Source of the DNA: Thermoplasmata archaeon
GTDB taxonomy: Archaea; Thermoplasmatota; Thermoplasmata; GCA-020350865
Assembly: GCA_020348445.1 (NCBI GenBank)
Contig: CP070751.1
Location: forward strand, 2,412,927 to 2,476,926
DNA length: 64,000 nt
Direction: 5' to 3'
The position numbers and the translations under genes are program-made. This document shows, in pieces, positions 26,936 through 36,908 of this stretch. Position 1 is the first letter of the stretch; each line of letters opens with the position of its first letter. The notes under the pieces are model-generated. The model was not told where the DNA came from and made no database searches. It worked only from the letters and a program-made list of their open reading frames with translations.

Positions 26936-29900
26936 TTGAAATTCTATGGGCAACGAAGTACAATAATAGCCTGTGTATTACTATTGTCGATGATCGCTGC
27001 AAGCGGCCTTGTGAGTGCGTGTTTTTCTCAGACCACATCATGCGAGGGAACATCGGTTTCCCAAGGAGACGGCGGTGCAACTGATTACTGGTATGATGAC
27101 CTCTATCCTCCTCCCCACACAGTGCACTTAAACGAAGGAACAGAATGGATCATCAATGTCAGGGGAGGTGGAGGATGCAGTGATTACGAGCATTTGACTG
27201 TCACAGATGATAATGAACCTTCAAATTGGGTAACAACCATTACAATGGGTGAAATCTACAATGGTGACTTTCATTATTATCCTTCCCATATCCCAGTGCT
27301 GACAGGAGATGACATCGAAGGTAGGGAAATATATATCGGAAGAACCTGGGATTTTGATATCATATATAATGTGACAAATGATGGCTCACCTATGGATTGC
27401 ATAGATCAGGTTTGCACTGTCTATGTCGTAGGTTATGACCCTGAAAACCAACACGATTATGTCTTTGTGCATACAAACACCATAATTGAGGATAGTTATC
27501 CTTTAATTGAGTTATTCTCCCCCAACGGCAACGAGTCTTGGAGCGGAACTCATAAAGTTACTTGGGATGCAGTTGATGACCAGATTTGGCCTCCGAATCC
27601 CATAGATATCTATTATTCAACGTCTGGAACCAGCGGGCCCTGGATCGAAATCAACTCTGGCAGTTACTCCCAAGAAGATGACGGTGAAGAGGACTGGACC
27701 TTGCCTTTGGGTGTGGAATCTCAGGATTCCTATGTGAAAGTGGTTGCCACCGATACCAAAGGGCAAAGCAGCCACGATATAAGTGACGAGGCCTTTGAAA
27801 TCGATACCATAGCTCCCACAGTGGAGTCGACGGATCCCGAAGACAATGAAGAGGGAGTTCCTCTAAGCAAGGAAGTCGTTGTTATGTTTTCAGAGCCTAT
27901 GGATACGGAAAGTGTGACCATTACTCAGACCGGAGGAACAGATCCCGGGGGTTGGGATTGGACATGGAGTCCTTGTCGAAGGCAGTGCACAGGCACGCAT
28001 AATAACTGGGATTATGGCGAAAATATCGAGATGACTGTAATTGCTGGATTTGCAGATGATACCGAGGATTCACCTAACTCGAATCCCACTGCGTACGTGT
28101 GGGATTTCAAAGTAACTCCATTGGAAGTTGATAAAGTTGTAATCGAAGATGAACCTGGAGGAAATGGTGATGCTATCACTGATCAGACAATCCCCATAGA
28201 ATTAGAGATCCAAGGTTGGGCTGCAGGGTACAACACCACAACAGGGGATTACATCGGTGATGTAGAAGTAAATTGGTTTGTAACCAATGCAAATGGTTCG
28301 TCGGCATCAACTTCTCCTTCCCCAGATGTGAGCTCGACCTTTGATGCCGGCCCAAATCCGGGGGATGCCATATGGAAGATATGCGATACTGAAGGGCATC
28401 AATATGAGGTTCACTTTAAAATAGTGGAACCCGCAATCGATTATATAATTATAAGGGATGCTCCCAACGGTGAGGGAAATCCCATCGATGATCAAAACAT
28501 CAATGTCAACGAAGATGTCCTGGGTTATTCTGCGGGTTATAACGATACCCATGGTTATATAGAAGATATCATTGCAGAATGGACTGTTCAAAATTCCAAT
28601 GGCGCAGAAGCAGATACATCTCCTTCTTCCGGCTCAAGTTCCACCTTTGATTCAGGCCCCAAAACTGGCACTGCAGTTTGGAAGGCATGTGACACTCATG
28701 GACATTATGATACTGTAACGTTCACGATAATTGCTATGGTGGATTATATCCGCATAGAATATCAGGACGGAACAGAGATCTGCGATGTTACCATGACCAC
28801 AGATGAAACCCTAAGATGTTATGCAAGAGCCTACAACCATGGGACAGGTCTTCTTGGCGATATAGCCGTCACTTGGAGCGTTTACGGAGACATCGGTTAC
28901 GTTTCGCCCACATATGGCAAAACAACCACCTTTTATGCGGAAAAAGTGGGAACAGGACACATCCATGCCTGTGACGGCAACTATCATACAGACAACACCG
29001 GAACCATAACTGTGACCCATGGAGAATGCTGTTCCATTTTAATAACACCGGAGGATACGTCACTAACTTCTGATCTCACCAAGCAGTATACAGCAACCTG
29101 CAGCGATGCCGATGGCAACACTTGGGAAGGAACCGATGGCACCTGGTCAGAAACAGACCCAATAGGTACGATTTCAAGTTCAGGCCTATTCGATGCCGGT
29201 AAAGTCGGGAAATGGACCATTGAATACACGGAAAATGATGTCTCTAGCTCCACTGAGGTCACAGTTACAATTGGCTCGATAACTAGCATAGAGATAACAC
29301 CCGAGGGCTGGAGCGGCACAGCCGATGAGTCTGTTGCATATACGGCAATAGGCACCGATTCCGACGGTAATGAAAGGGACATAACCGAGTTCACAACGTT
29401 CACCACAACTGATCCATTGGGATATTGTGATATGGATACATATTATGCAGCCAAGGTCGGTAATTGGAGGGTTGAAGGGGAGTTTCATGGCCTCAAAGAC
29501 TCAGGATCCGTTAGTGTTGATGAAGGTGTTCTGTACGAAATTATAATGGAAGATGAGGAAGGAGAACCTATTGACCTTTCTTCAGCAGTAATAGGCCAAT
29601 CCATTGAAATCTTCGCAAAAGGCTATGATGAGGATGGAAATCCCATAGATTATGTACATGTATTTTGGGACATTGACGATAAAAAGGTCTGCGAACTCGA
29701 TTCCGAAGAAGGCACCTCAACTATAATCACGATAAAGGATTCTGGATCAAGCATGATCACAGCCGGGATTTCTGGAATCACGGATTATGTAACATTCTCG
29801 GTACCTCTTGATTCTGATGAGGACGGAATGTCAGATAGATGGGAAATCGAACATTTCGGTGACCTTGAGCAGGACGAAGATGACGATCCCGATAACGACG

Positions 29901-30103
29901 GAATATCGAATTTGGATGAGTACATTGATGACACAGATCCAATGAAGGCCGATTCCGACGGTTCAGACGGTTCAAGTGGCTCCAGTGGTCTCGGTGGTGA
30001 TAAAGACAGTTATGACATGTATCTGCTACTGTTGATAATCGCCATCATCGCCATTCTATTAGTAGTTCTGATAATGCTACTTACACGAAAAAAGAAATAT
30101 TAG
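26936..30103 (+). CDS. Large TM-anchored surface protein: novel Cys-motif head, Ig/Big_5 domains, ~100-aa repeats, TSP3 repeats, TM
   Basis: TTG start; VSA|CFSQTTSC..RGGGGC head; APTVESTDP..FSEPMD (Big_5-like); DSDEDGMSD repeats; TM followed by RKKKY. Confidence 0.85.
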   Translation: MKFYGQRSTIIACVLLLSMIAASGLVSACFSQTTSCEGTSVSQGDGGATDYWYDDLYPPPHTVHLNEGTEWIINVRGGGGCSDYEHLTVTDDNEPSNWVTTITMGEIYNGDFHYYPSHIPVLTGDDIEGREIYIGRTWDFDIIYNVTNDGSPMDCIDQVCTVYVVGYDPENQHDYVFVHTNTIIEDSYPLIELFSPNGNESWSGTHKVTWDAVDDQIWPPNPIDIYYSTSGTSGPWIEINSGSYSQEDDGEEDWTLPLGVESQDSYVKVVATDTKGQSSHDISDEAFEIDTIAPTVESTDPEDNEEGVPLSKEVVVMFSEPMDTESVTITQTGGTDPGGWDWTWSPCRRQCTGTHNNWDYGENIEMTVIAGFADDTEDSPNSNPTAYVWDFKVTPLEVDKVVIEDEPGGNGDAITDQTIPIELEIQGWAAGYNTTTGDYIGDVEVNWFVTNANGSSASTSPSPDVSSTFDAGPNPGDAIWKICDTEGHQYEVHFKIVEPAIDYIIIRDAPNGEGNPIDDQNINVNEDVLGYSAGYNDTHGYIEDIIAEWTVQNSNGAEADTSPSSGSSSTFDSGPKTGTAVWKACDTHGHYDTVTFTIIAMVDYIRIEYQDGTEICDVTMTTDETLRCYARAYNHGTGLLGDIAVTWSVYGDIGYVSPTYGKTTTFYAEKVGTGHIHACDGNYHTDNTGTITVTHGECCSILITPEDTSLTSDLTKQYTATCSDADGNTWEGTDGTWSETDPIGTISSSGLFDAGKVGKWTIEYTENDVSSSTEVTVTIGSITSIEITPEGWSGTADESVAYTAIGTDSDGNERDITEFTTFTTTDPLGYCDMDTYYAAKVGNWRVEGEFHGLKDSGSVSVDEGVLYEIIMEDEEGEPIDLSSAVIGQSIEIFAKGYDEDGNPIDYVHVFWDIDDKKVCELDSEEGTSTIITIKDSGSSMITAGISGITDYVTFSVPLDSDEDGMSDRWEIEHFGDLEQDEDDDPDNDGISNLDEYIDDTDPMKADSDGSDGSSGSSGLGGDKDSYDMYLLLLIIAIIAILLVVLIMLLTRKKKY

Positions 30104-30328
30104 ACGAGTAAAGAAGGAAAAGAAGGGCCCTTATTTTTAGAAAGGACCCTGAGGCCTGATAAATATTTTAGTTATATACTAAGCTATCGGGAAAAATCCA
30201 GATAATAACGATATTCGAGTATTACCCATCTATATTAGGCAAAGTTTATATATCCACAAACCTATAAAAGAATTGTCCAATTTGATGACTGGGTTGATAA
30301 TAACCTCAAATCATTTGGAGGGGCGAAG

Positions 30329-32416
30329 ATGAAACACAAATCGATGTGGGCTATTCTCATAGTCACAGGTTTATTAGTGTCTATAGCGATTGTGAGCTTC
30401 CCTGCAGCGGCCTGCTTTACACAGTACACAAAATGCGATGGGCGGGAGGTTCGACAGGGTGATGGTGGAGGAACAGATTATTGGTACAACCATCTATATC
30501 CTGACAAGCGTGATGTGGATCCCGGATTGAGTGTGGAATGGATCATCAATATCCGCGGAGGTGGTGGTTGTAGTGGCTACGAGCACGCCACTATATCGGA
30601 CAACGATCCCCCTAGTGGATGGGTGACAGAAATTGAAATGGGTGATATAAATACCGGTTCTTTCACCTATATTGATAATGGCATGCCTGTAACCAAAGGT
30701 GATGATATAGAAGATAGGGAATTTAAAATTGGAAGGAGCTGGAATTTTGATGTGATATACAGAATCACCGCACCTGGTGGGGCTTCGGGTGGGGAATTTG
30801 CGAATATGACATGCACAGTGTACGTTGTTGGGTACTCACCTGAAAATCAACACGACTACGTTTATGTTCACTGCGAGGCTGTTGTGGTAGCTACAAACCA
30901 ACCTATTATTCTTGTAATGGATCCAAATGGAGATAGGACATGTTCGAGTATGACAATCATAATGTGGGACGTACTCTTCGCAATAGTGCCATTCGATCAG
31001 TTGTATTTTGATATCTATTTAAGCTCAGATGGTGGAGTGACATACCCAGATACATTAGCAACAGGCCTTAATTTTCCCATGCCACCATTTGAACTCCCCT
31101 GGGATACCACCGCACATCCTGACGACATCAATTACAGAATAATGATTGAAGCATTCGATGGCACAAATTATGGCCATGATATATCTGATAGCAATTTTGC
31201 CATAGATAATTATGGACCTGACCCACCTACGGAATTGAAAATTCATTTTGGTCTTGTATCAGATGCGGAGCCAACAGCAAAAGCGTCGGGAGATAATACC
31301 GGTTCTCCGTTGGAAAGGCTCGCGAAGGATGACTCCAGGGGTTATATTGTCCCAAAGCAGATGACCCTCGAGATGGAGACATTTAATGTCACAACTCAAA
31401 ACGAACCTGTTGAGAGTGCAGAACTCTATGTTGAGTACTGGGTGGAGAATACTGGATACAGTGGAATATCAAGCGTGATGTGGAAATTGGAATCGGAGGG
31501 AACATTCCATAATACCGATATTACACCCCAGAGTTCTGAAATGTCGCCAGTTCTTAAAACCTATGATCTGTACGCCCAAGGTGTGGATACAATAGATAAG
31601 ATAATGAATCTGGATATCATGTTCTGGAACACTGACGGAGGCGAGGCTCAGAATGTTAGCTTTGATTATATTTGGGTCAAATTCAAAGCCAGTTCCAATG
31701 ACCTTGGATTAACCTGGGAACCCGCGACTGCACCTGATTTCAGCCATTATCGGATCTACAGAAGCCCTGATAACTCCGCCTTTACCCAAGTAGGTGAAAC
31801 ACATGCCACTGCTTGGAATGATGACGGTGACAGAGGAGTTGATTTGAGCAACTACTTCTACAAGGTTCATGCAGTGGACCTGGGAGACCATGAGGGACCA
31901 CCAACATACACAGTGGGAAAAATGGTTTCTCCAATATCAGGTGGATGGAACATGGTGTCTTTGCCCCTTGAACAGTTGGGAGGCGGATCCATTGATGCAT
32001 CACTGAAGAGCATAGAGGGGAATTATATCTCTCTCCAGACCTATCATGCAGGTTATTCAAGGCCATGGCTGCATTGGCATGAATCCAAACCAGGCATGCT
32101 CAACACCTTAACCAGTATGGACCACAAGTCCGGTTACTATGTTGATGTGGGCTCATCTGGACATCTAAAAACCATTGGCAAAGTAATTGCTGGTGAGAGC
32201 ATCCCCCTCAAAACAGGCTGGAACCTGATCGGGTTCCCGAGTCTGATATCTGTGGATAGAGACACTGCTTTAACTTCGATAGCGGGACTATATGACGCTG
32301 TTTACGGATTCGACGCCACAGCTGGGAAAGAGAAACCCATATTAGGCACTGACATGATGGACCCGGGAAGCAGTTACTGGATCCATGTTACAGAAGATTG
32401 CGTTCTGGGGTTCTAA
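30329..32416 (+). CDS. Exported protein with the same Cys-motif head, an Fn3-like domain and the GWNL C-terminal domain
   Basis: AAA|CFTQYTKC..RGGGGC head paralogous to the 26936 protein; tail GWNMVSLP...GWNLIGFP...SYWIHVTEDC; no TM. Confidence 0.87.
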   Translation: MKHKSMWAILIVTGLLVSIAIVSFPAAACFTQYTKCDGREVRQGDGGGTDYWYNHLYPDKRDVDPGLSVEWIINIRGGGGCSGYEHATISDNDPPSGWVTEIEMGDINTGSFTYIDNGMPVTKGDDIEDREFKIGRSWNFDVIYRITAPGGASGGEFANMTCTVYVVGYSPENQHDYVYVHCEAVVVATNQPIILVMDPNGDRTCSSMTIIMWDVLFAIVPFDQLYFDIYLSSDGGVTYPDTLATGLNFPMPPFELPWDTTAHPDDINYRIMIEAFDGTNYGHDISDSNFAIDNYGPDPPTELKIHFGLVSDAEPTAKASGDNTGSPLERLAKDDSRGYIVPKQMTLEMETFNVTTQNEPVESAELYVEYWVENTGYSGISSVMWKLESEGTFHNTDITPQSSEMSPVLKTYDLYAQGVDTIDKIMNLDIMFWNTDGGEAQNVSFDYIWVKFKASSNDLGLTWEPATAPDFSHYRIYRSPDNSAFTQVGETHATAWNDDGDRGVDLSNYFYKVHAVDLGDHEGPPTYTVGKMVSPISGGWNMVSLPLEQLGGGSIDASLKSIEGNYISLQTYHAGYSRPWLHWHESKPGMLNTLTSMDHKSGYYVDVGSSGHLKTIGKVIAGESIPLKTGWNLIGFPSLISVDRDTALTSIAGLYDAVYGFDATAGKEKPILGTDMMDPGSSYWIHVTEDCVLGF

Positions 32417-32597
32417 GTCACTTTAGAGAATCCGATATAAGAAGGCCGGTTTCTATAATAACCATACGTTAGTGGGAACCATCTTAACCTGATTACATTA
32501 CCTTCAGTAAAACAATATACCCCGCGATACTATTGGGATAAATTTATAATATGACTTATGAATATCTTCCGACATAATCCTTTGGGATGAGTCAAAG

Positions 32598-34304
32598 ATG
32601 AACAAAAAATTGTATGTGTTATCCATATCATTCATACTGATTCTGGGCACTTTTTCTTGTATTGAAGTGGAAAATACAGACGGGTTCATGTTCCGAGGTG
32701 ACTTGTACAGAAGTGGCGTATACGAATCAAAAGTGCCCAATAACAATACCCTTTTATGGAGCTTTGATACAGGAATTTACCGGGTGCAGTCCTCTCCTGT
32801 TGTCGTAGATGGCAGGATTTTTTTTGGGAGTGACGATAACAACGTTTATTGCCTGGATGCTCTAACAGGAGATGAGATTTGGAACTTTTCAACAGAAGGA
32901 GCCGTGGGTTCCACACCAGCGGTTGTGGATGGAGTGGTTTATGTGGGATCCGCAGACAGGAACCTCTATGCAATAGATGCAGTTTCCAAGGAAAAGCTTT
33001 GGAATTATACCTATGCAAGCTCTCCTGCCCAAATTACGTCCTCCCCGGCAGTGGTAAACAACATGATATTCTTTGCTTCCGATGACAACAATTTTTATGC
33101 TCTTAATATATCGAAAGCATCGACTCCCGAGTTGGAGTGGGTATTTCCAACTGGAAATGGTTTCCCCCCCAGTGAATATCAGTCAAGTCCAGCCGTCTTG
33201 TGGCCCTATGTATACTTTGGCTCAATAGATGGTAATCTATATTGTGTCTGGGCTAACAATGGGACCCAGAAATGGGCCTTTGAAATGGAAGACGGCCTTG
33301 AAATCTACACGACCCCGACTATATACAATGGCTCTATATACATAGGAGGTGCTGATTATAAAATCAATGGTGCTTTATATTGTCTTGATGCCCAAACTGG
33401 GGAAGAAAAATGGAGGTTTCTCCCCCCTGGTGAGGGGCGCTTCTCAGAGGTTTACTCCTCTGCAGCAGTACATGACGACATCGTATTTATTCATGCTTGG
33501 CATAAGACACCTGGTCCAGAGGAAGAAAGAGGGACCGTGTTTGCGATTCGAGGGGATCTAAACGGTGATGGGAATATCACAAACAATGAGATCAAATGGA
33601 GTTTTATCACATGGGATGACGAGGGTGGATCGTCCCCAACCGTGGCAGATGGAAAGGTGCTCGTTGGATCTACAAATAAAAAATTGTATTGTATTGACGA
33701 ATATACAGGGGAGGAGCTCTGGAATCTCACAACAGGTGGTCAAATCGTGGCCTCACCCACTGTCGCCTATGGAATTGTCTATATCACATCCGAGGACGGC
33801 ACACTGTACGCCATAGGAGGAGATGAACCAGCCTATTTGGAGGTCGAAATCATCCCTGAGTTTCCATCCATAAAATCCAACAGGGTGATGGGCATCTCAT
33901 TTAATGTTACTTACAGAGGTTTTCCAATCGAAGGTGCGTTCATCAACTTCGAGGTCGATTTGGGCAATCTATCCCAGAGCGGAGCAAGCACATTCGAGGA
34001 TGGCAGCCAGAGAATAAAATACAATGCCCCAGAGGTTTCTGAAAATACCACTGTTACAGTGCATGCCAAAGTCACTAAACCCGGATATCCCGAGGGAAAC
34101 TCAACTGCTTCATTCGTAGTTGAGCCACCAACATCTTACAAACAGATTAAATCGAGCAGCATGTTCTCTCTATCCAAGTACTGGTTGTATCTTGTTGCTA
34201 TATTTGTTCTCGTCGTGATAAATGTCGTTATCATGTATTATGCCAAAAGAAAAAAAAGTGATGAAGCAGGAAAATCTAAGGTCCAAGAAAATGTAGGGGA
34301 ATAA
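32598..34304 (+). CDS. PQQ-like (BamB-type) beta-propeller surface protein with C-terminal TM
   Basis: MFRGDLYRSG; repeated SSP.V.DG.V..GS.D..LY.[LI]DA.TG...W; C-terminal TM followed by KRKK. Confidence 0.88.
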   Translation: MNKKLYVLSISFILILGTFSCIEVENTDGFMFRGDLYRSGVYESKVPNNNTLLWSFDTGIYRVQSSPVVVDGRIFFGSDDNNVYCLDALTGDEIWNFSTEGAVGSTPAVVDGVVYVGSADRNLYAIDAVSKEKLWNYTYASSPAQITSSPAVVNNMIFFASDDNNFYALNISKASTPELEWVFPTGNGFPPSEYQSSPAVLWPYVYFGSIDGNLYCVWANNGTQKWAFEMEDGLEIYTTPTIYNGSIYIGGADYKINGALYCLDAQTGEEKWRFLPPGEGRFSEVYSSAAVHDDIVFIHAWHKTPGPEEERGTVFAIRGDLNGDGNITNNEIKWSFITWDDEGGSSPTVADGKVLVGSTNKKLYCIDEYTGEELWNLTTGGQIVASPTVAYGIVYITSEDGTLYAIGGDEPAYLEVEIIPEFPSIKSNRVMGISFNVTYRGFPIEGAFINFEVDLGNLSQSGASTFEDGSQRIKYNAPEVSENTTVTVHAKVTKPGYPEGNSTASFVVEPPTSYKQIKSSSMFSLSKYWLYLVAIFVLVVINVVIMYYAKRKKSDEAGKSKVQENVGE

Positions 34305-34305
34305 A

Positions 34306-35529
34306 ATGAGTTTTATTGCAACAAAAACACAAGCCTTGCTTTTGGTAATTATAATATGCATAACCTTATTTCCGTCGGGGAATTCCAATGAAGCAATGGA
34401 TGTTACCACCTTGAACCTTCTTTGGGAGAACAAAGAGGGGCACAACGCCACGCTGTGGTCTGTCAGGTGGTCACCCGATGACAGCATGATCTCAGCCACC
34501 TATTTTGACAACACAACCACGATATTCAACGCCCAAAACGGCTCCATTATAACGAAAATGGGGGCTCATCCGAAACCCCATGGAACCCGATGTGATGGTG
34601 AGCAAGATTGCGAAATTGAAGAGCATCTACCAACAAGATCCAGCGCCTGGTCCCCAGATGGCAAATATCTGGCAACTGGAGGGGACAACAGGCTCATAAT
34701 CATATATGCAAGCATAAACTGGTCTGTGGTAAAGATATTAGAGGGACATGAGCAAAGCGTCCTCACCTTGGAGTGGTCTCCTGGGGGAACAATGATCGCA
34801 TCCGGCTCTGGAACAGATAAGGTGGCCATTCACAATGAAGACAAAAAAGAGAATATAGTTAAGATCTGGGATTTCTCCACCGGCTTGGTTATTGCTGAGC
34901 TCGAAGGACATCAGGATGGTGTTATGAACGTGAAATGGTCTCCCAACGGCTCCCAGATCGCCTCTGCATCAGATGATAAAAAAATTATGCTGTGGAGCAC
35001 CTCCGACTGGACGAGAACCATGACCCTGGATGACCACGTCTTGGGTGTGCTTGATGTGGATTGGTCTCCAAATGGTACCTTTCTTGTGTCAGGAAGCAGA
35101 GATTACAAAGTCAGGTTGTGGGATGCCCAAACTGGTGAATCCATTGATAGATGGACAGAACCCAACTGCATTCGTTCTGTTCATTGGCATCCAGATAAAG
35201 GGCTCATCGCAAATTCAGGCGTTGGGGAGACCATGCTTAAAATCCGCAATGCTACAACAGGCACAGTGATCAAGACATTTACAGAATCTGCCGATTCAAA
35301 AAGCGTGGTCATGTCCTCACGATGGTCACACGACGGATTGAAACTGGCTGCTGGGGCAGGTTTGGAGCACGCGTTGAGGGTATACTCCTTTGGTATATCA
35401 AGTGAAAAGGAGTCCAAAGAGATTCCATCGTGGGTTCCAGGCACCGTATTGTTCATGGCCATCACCGCTATTGTTGTAGTTTTGATTATGATTCCAGTAT
35501 TGGGAAAATTACAGGAGAGTGGAAGGTGA
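34306..35529 (+). CDS. Exported WD40-repeat protein with C-terminal TM
   Basis: Signal peptide; GH..SV..[LV].WSP.G..[IL]AS.S.D..V.[IL]WD repeats; C-terminal TM. Confidence 0.88.
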   Translation: MSFIATKTQALLLVIIICITLFPSGNSNEAMDVTTLNLLWENKEGHNATLWSVRWSPDDSMISATYFDNTTTIFNAQNGSIITKMGAHPKPHGTRCDGEQDCEIEEHLPTRSSAWSPDGKYLATGGDNRLIIIYASINWSVVKILEGHEQSVLTLEWSPGGTMIASGSGTDKVAIHNEDKKENIVKIWDFSTGLVIAELEGHQDGVMNVKWSPNGSQIASASDDKKIMLWSTSDWTRTMTLDDHVLGVLDVDWSPNGTFLVSGSRDYKVRLWDAQTGESIDRWTEPNCIRSVHWHPDKGLIANSGVGETMLKIRNATTGTVIKTFTESADSKSVVMSSRWSHDGLKLAAGAGLEHALRVYSFGISSEKESKEIPSWVPGTVLFMAITAIVVVLIMIPVLGKLQESGR

Positions 35530-35530
35530 A

Positions 35531-36898
35531 ATGGTATTGAGCAACCTTATAAGAAGGGCGAGCGTAATTTTTCTTTCGTTGATTCTTCTTATGATGTTCT
35601 TTCCTTACACGTTAACCTCAAAAGCTGATATCGATTCCAATTATCTAGGAAACGGCCCTGGTAGGTTCAACTCATTGAAGGCCCAGGATATCGATTCAGA
35701 CGGTAACGTGGAGGTCGTTTTCGGTAACTATGAAGGTTATCTCAACATAATCGAAAGTAGGGACGGCAGTTATTTTGAAAAATGGCGTTCTGACTCCTTG
35801 GGAACGAGGTTATGGGGTCTTTGTATTGCTGATTGTGATTCAGACGGCACAAATGAGATAATAGCAGGAAATGGCGAGGGGGAGTTCTATGTTTTTGATG
35901 CAGTATCAAACGAGTTAGAGTGGAAAAAGGAGGATCTAGGACGTGATGCCCATGGCATTGCTGTGGGCAACATAGACTCTGATGAAAATTTGGAGATAGT
36001 TGTGGGAACAGGCTATAAAACAGACATACCCTTGGGAAATGTGTATGTATTCGACGGTAAAACCCATGAACTTGAGGCAGAATTGGGTCCCATTTCTTCA
36101 AGGCATCGCGGAGTTGCAATCGATGATGTGGATTTGGACGGTGTAAATGAAATAATCTTTGGAAGCGGAGTATCCTTGGGAGAGACCCCAGGTGAAGGTT
36201 ACATTTACATATACGGTTTTGATGGCGAAGATTACATCCAGGAATGGAAAAGCGAGGATCTTGATGGTGATGTCATAGGTCTTGTGATCTACGATCTTGA
36301 GGGCGATGGTACTTTAGAAATTATCGCAGGAAACGGCTACAGGTACAACCAGGGTTATTGCTTTATATTCAGATATGTAGGAGAAGGAAGCGATTCAGGT
36401 TCCGGAACTCCTGCCATTTATCAACAGGTATGGGAAAGCGAGGATATAGGACCCAAGGCTTATGGACTGGATGTTGGGGATATCGACGATGATGGTATAA
36501 CAGAGATCGTTGTGGGCAACCAACCTGGCTATATTTGGATCTTCGATGCAAATACCCACGAGGTTGAGTGGAAAAGTCCGCTTTTAGGCACCGATATTCT
36601 AGGCATAGAAATCGCGGATGTTGATTTGGATGGTGAGGTCGAGATCATCGCCTCCCAGGGGGGCTACATTGGAAAAGCTGACTGGACATCAGCCTATACT
36701 GCCCCGCATATATACATAATAAATGGTAGAACCCATGAGATCGAGACCAAATTGGGCGAGTACGATTATTTGGAAATCCTATTTACGGTGGTGGTGATAG
36801 TACTTATTGTAATTACCTTGGTTCACCTCAATCGGGTGCTAAGGATCAAAAAAACAATCCGGAAAACCAAAGTTGATACAAAAAGAGGAATCAAATGA
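35531..36898 (+). CDS. FG-GAP/VCBS-repeat beta-propeller surface protein with C-terminal TM
   Basis: AAGGTGA RBS precedes ATG 35531; D[IV]D.DG..E[IV][IV].G repeats; TM followed by a basic tail. Confidence 0.87.
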   Translation: MVLSNLIRRASVIFLSLILLMMFFPYTLTSKADIDSNYLGNGPGRFNSLKAQDIDSDGNVEVVFGNYEGYLNIIESRDGSYFEKWRSDSLGTRLWGLCIADCDSDGTNEIIAGNGEGEFYVFDAVSNELEWKKEDLGRDAHGIAVGNIDSDENLEIVVGTGYKTDIPLGNVYVFDGKTHELEAELGPISSRHRGVAIDDVDLDGVNEIIFGSGVSLGETPGEGYIYIYGFDGEDYIQEWKSEDLDGDVIGLVIYDLEGDGTLEIIAGNGYRYNQGYCFIFRYVGEGSDSGSGTPAIYQQVWESEDIGPKAYGLDVGDIDDDGITEIVVGNQPGYIWIFDANTHEVEWKSPLLGTDILGIEIADVDLDGEVEIIASQGGYIGKADWTSAYTAPHIYIINGRTHEIETKLGEYDYLEILFTVVVIVLIVITLVHLNRVLRIKKTIRKTKVDTKRGIK

Positions 36899-36908
36899 GG
36901 TATAAAAG

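Noticed and set aside
33552-33590. Dockerin-like GDLNGDG motif in the 32598 protein (and DLNGD inserts in the CARDB domains)
   Set aside because: These are single Ca-binding loops without the duplicated 22-residue dockerin segments.
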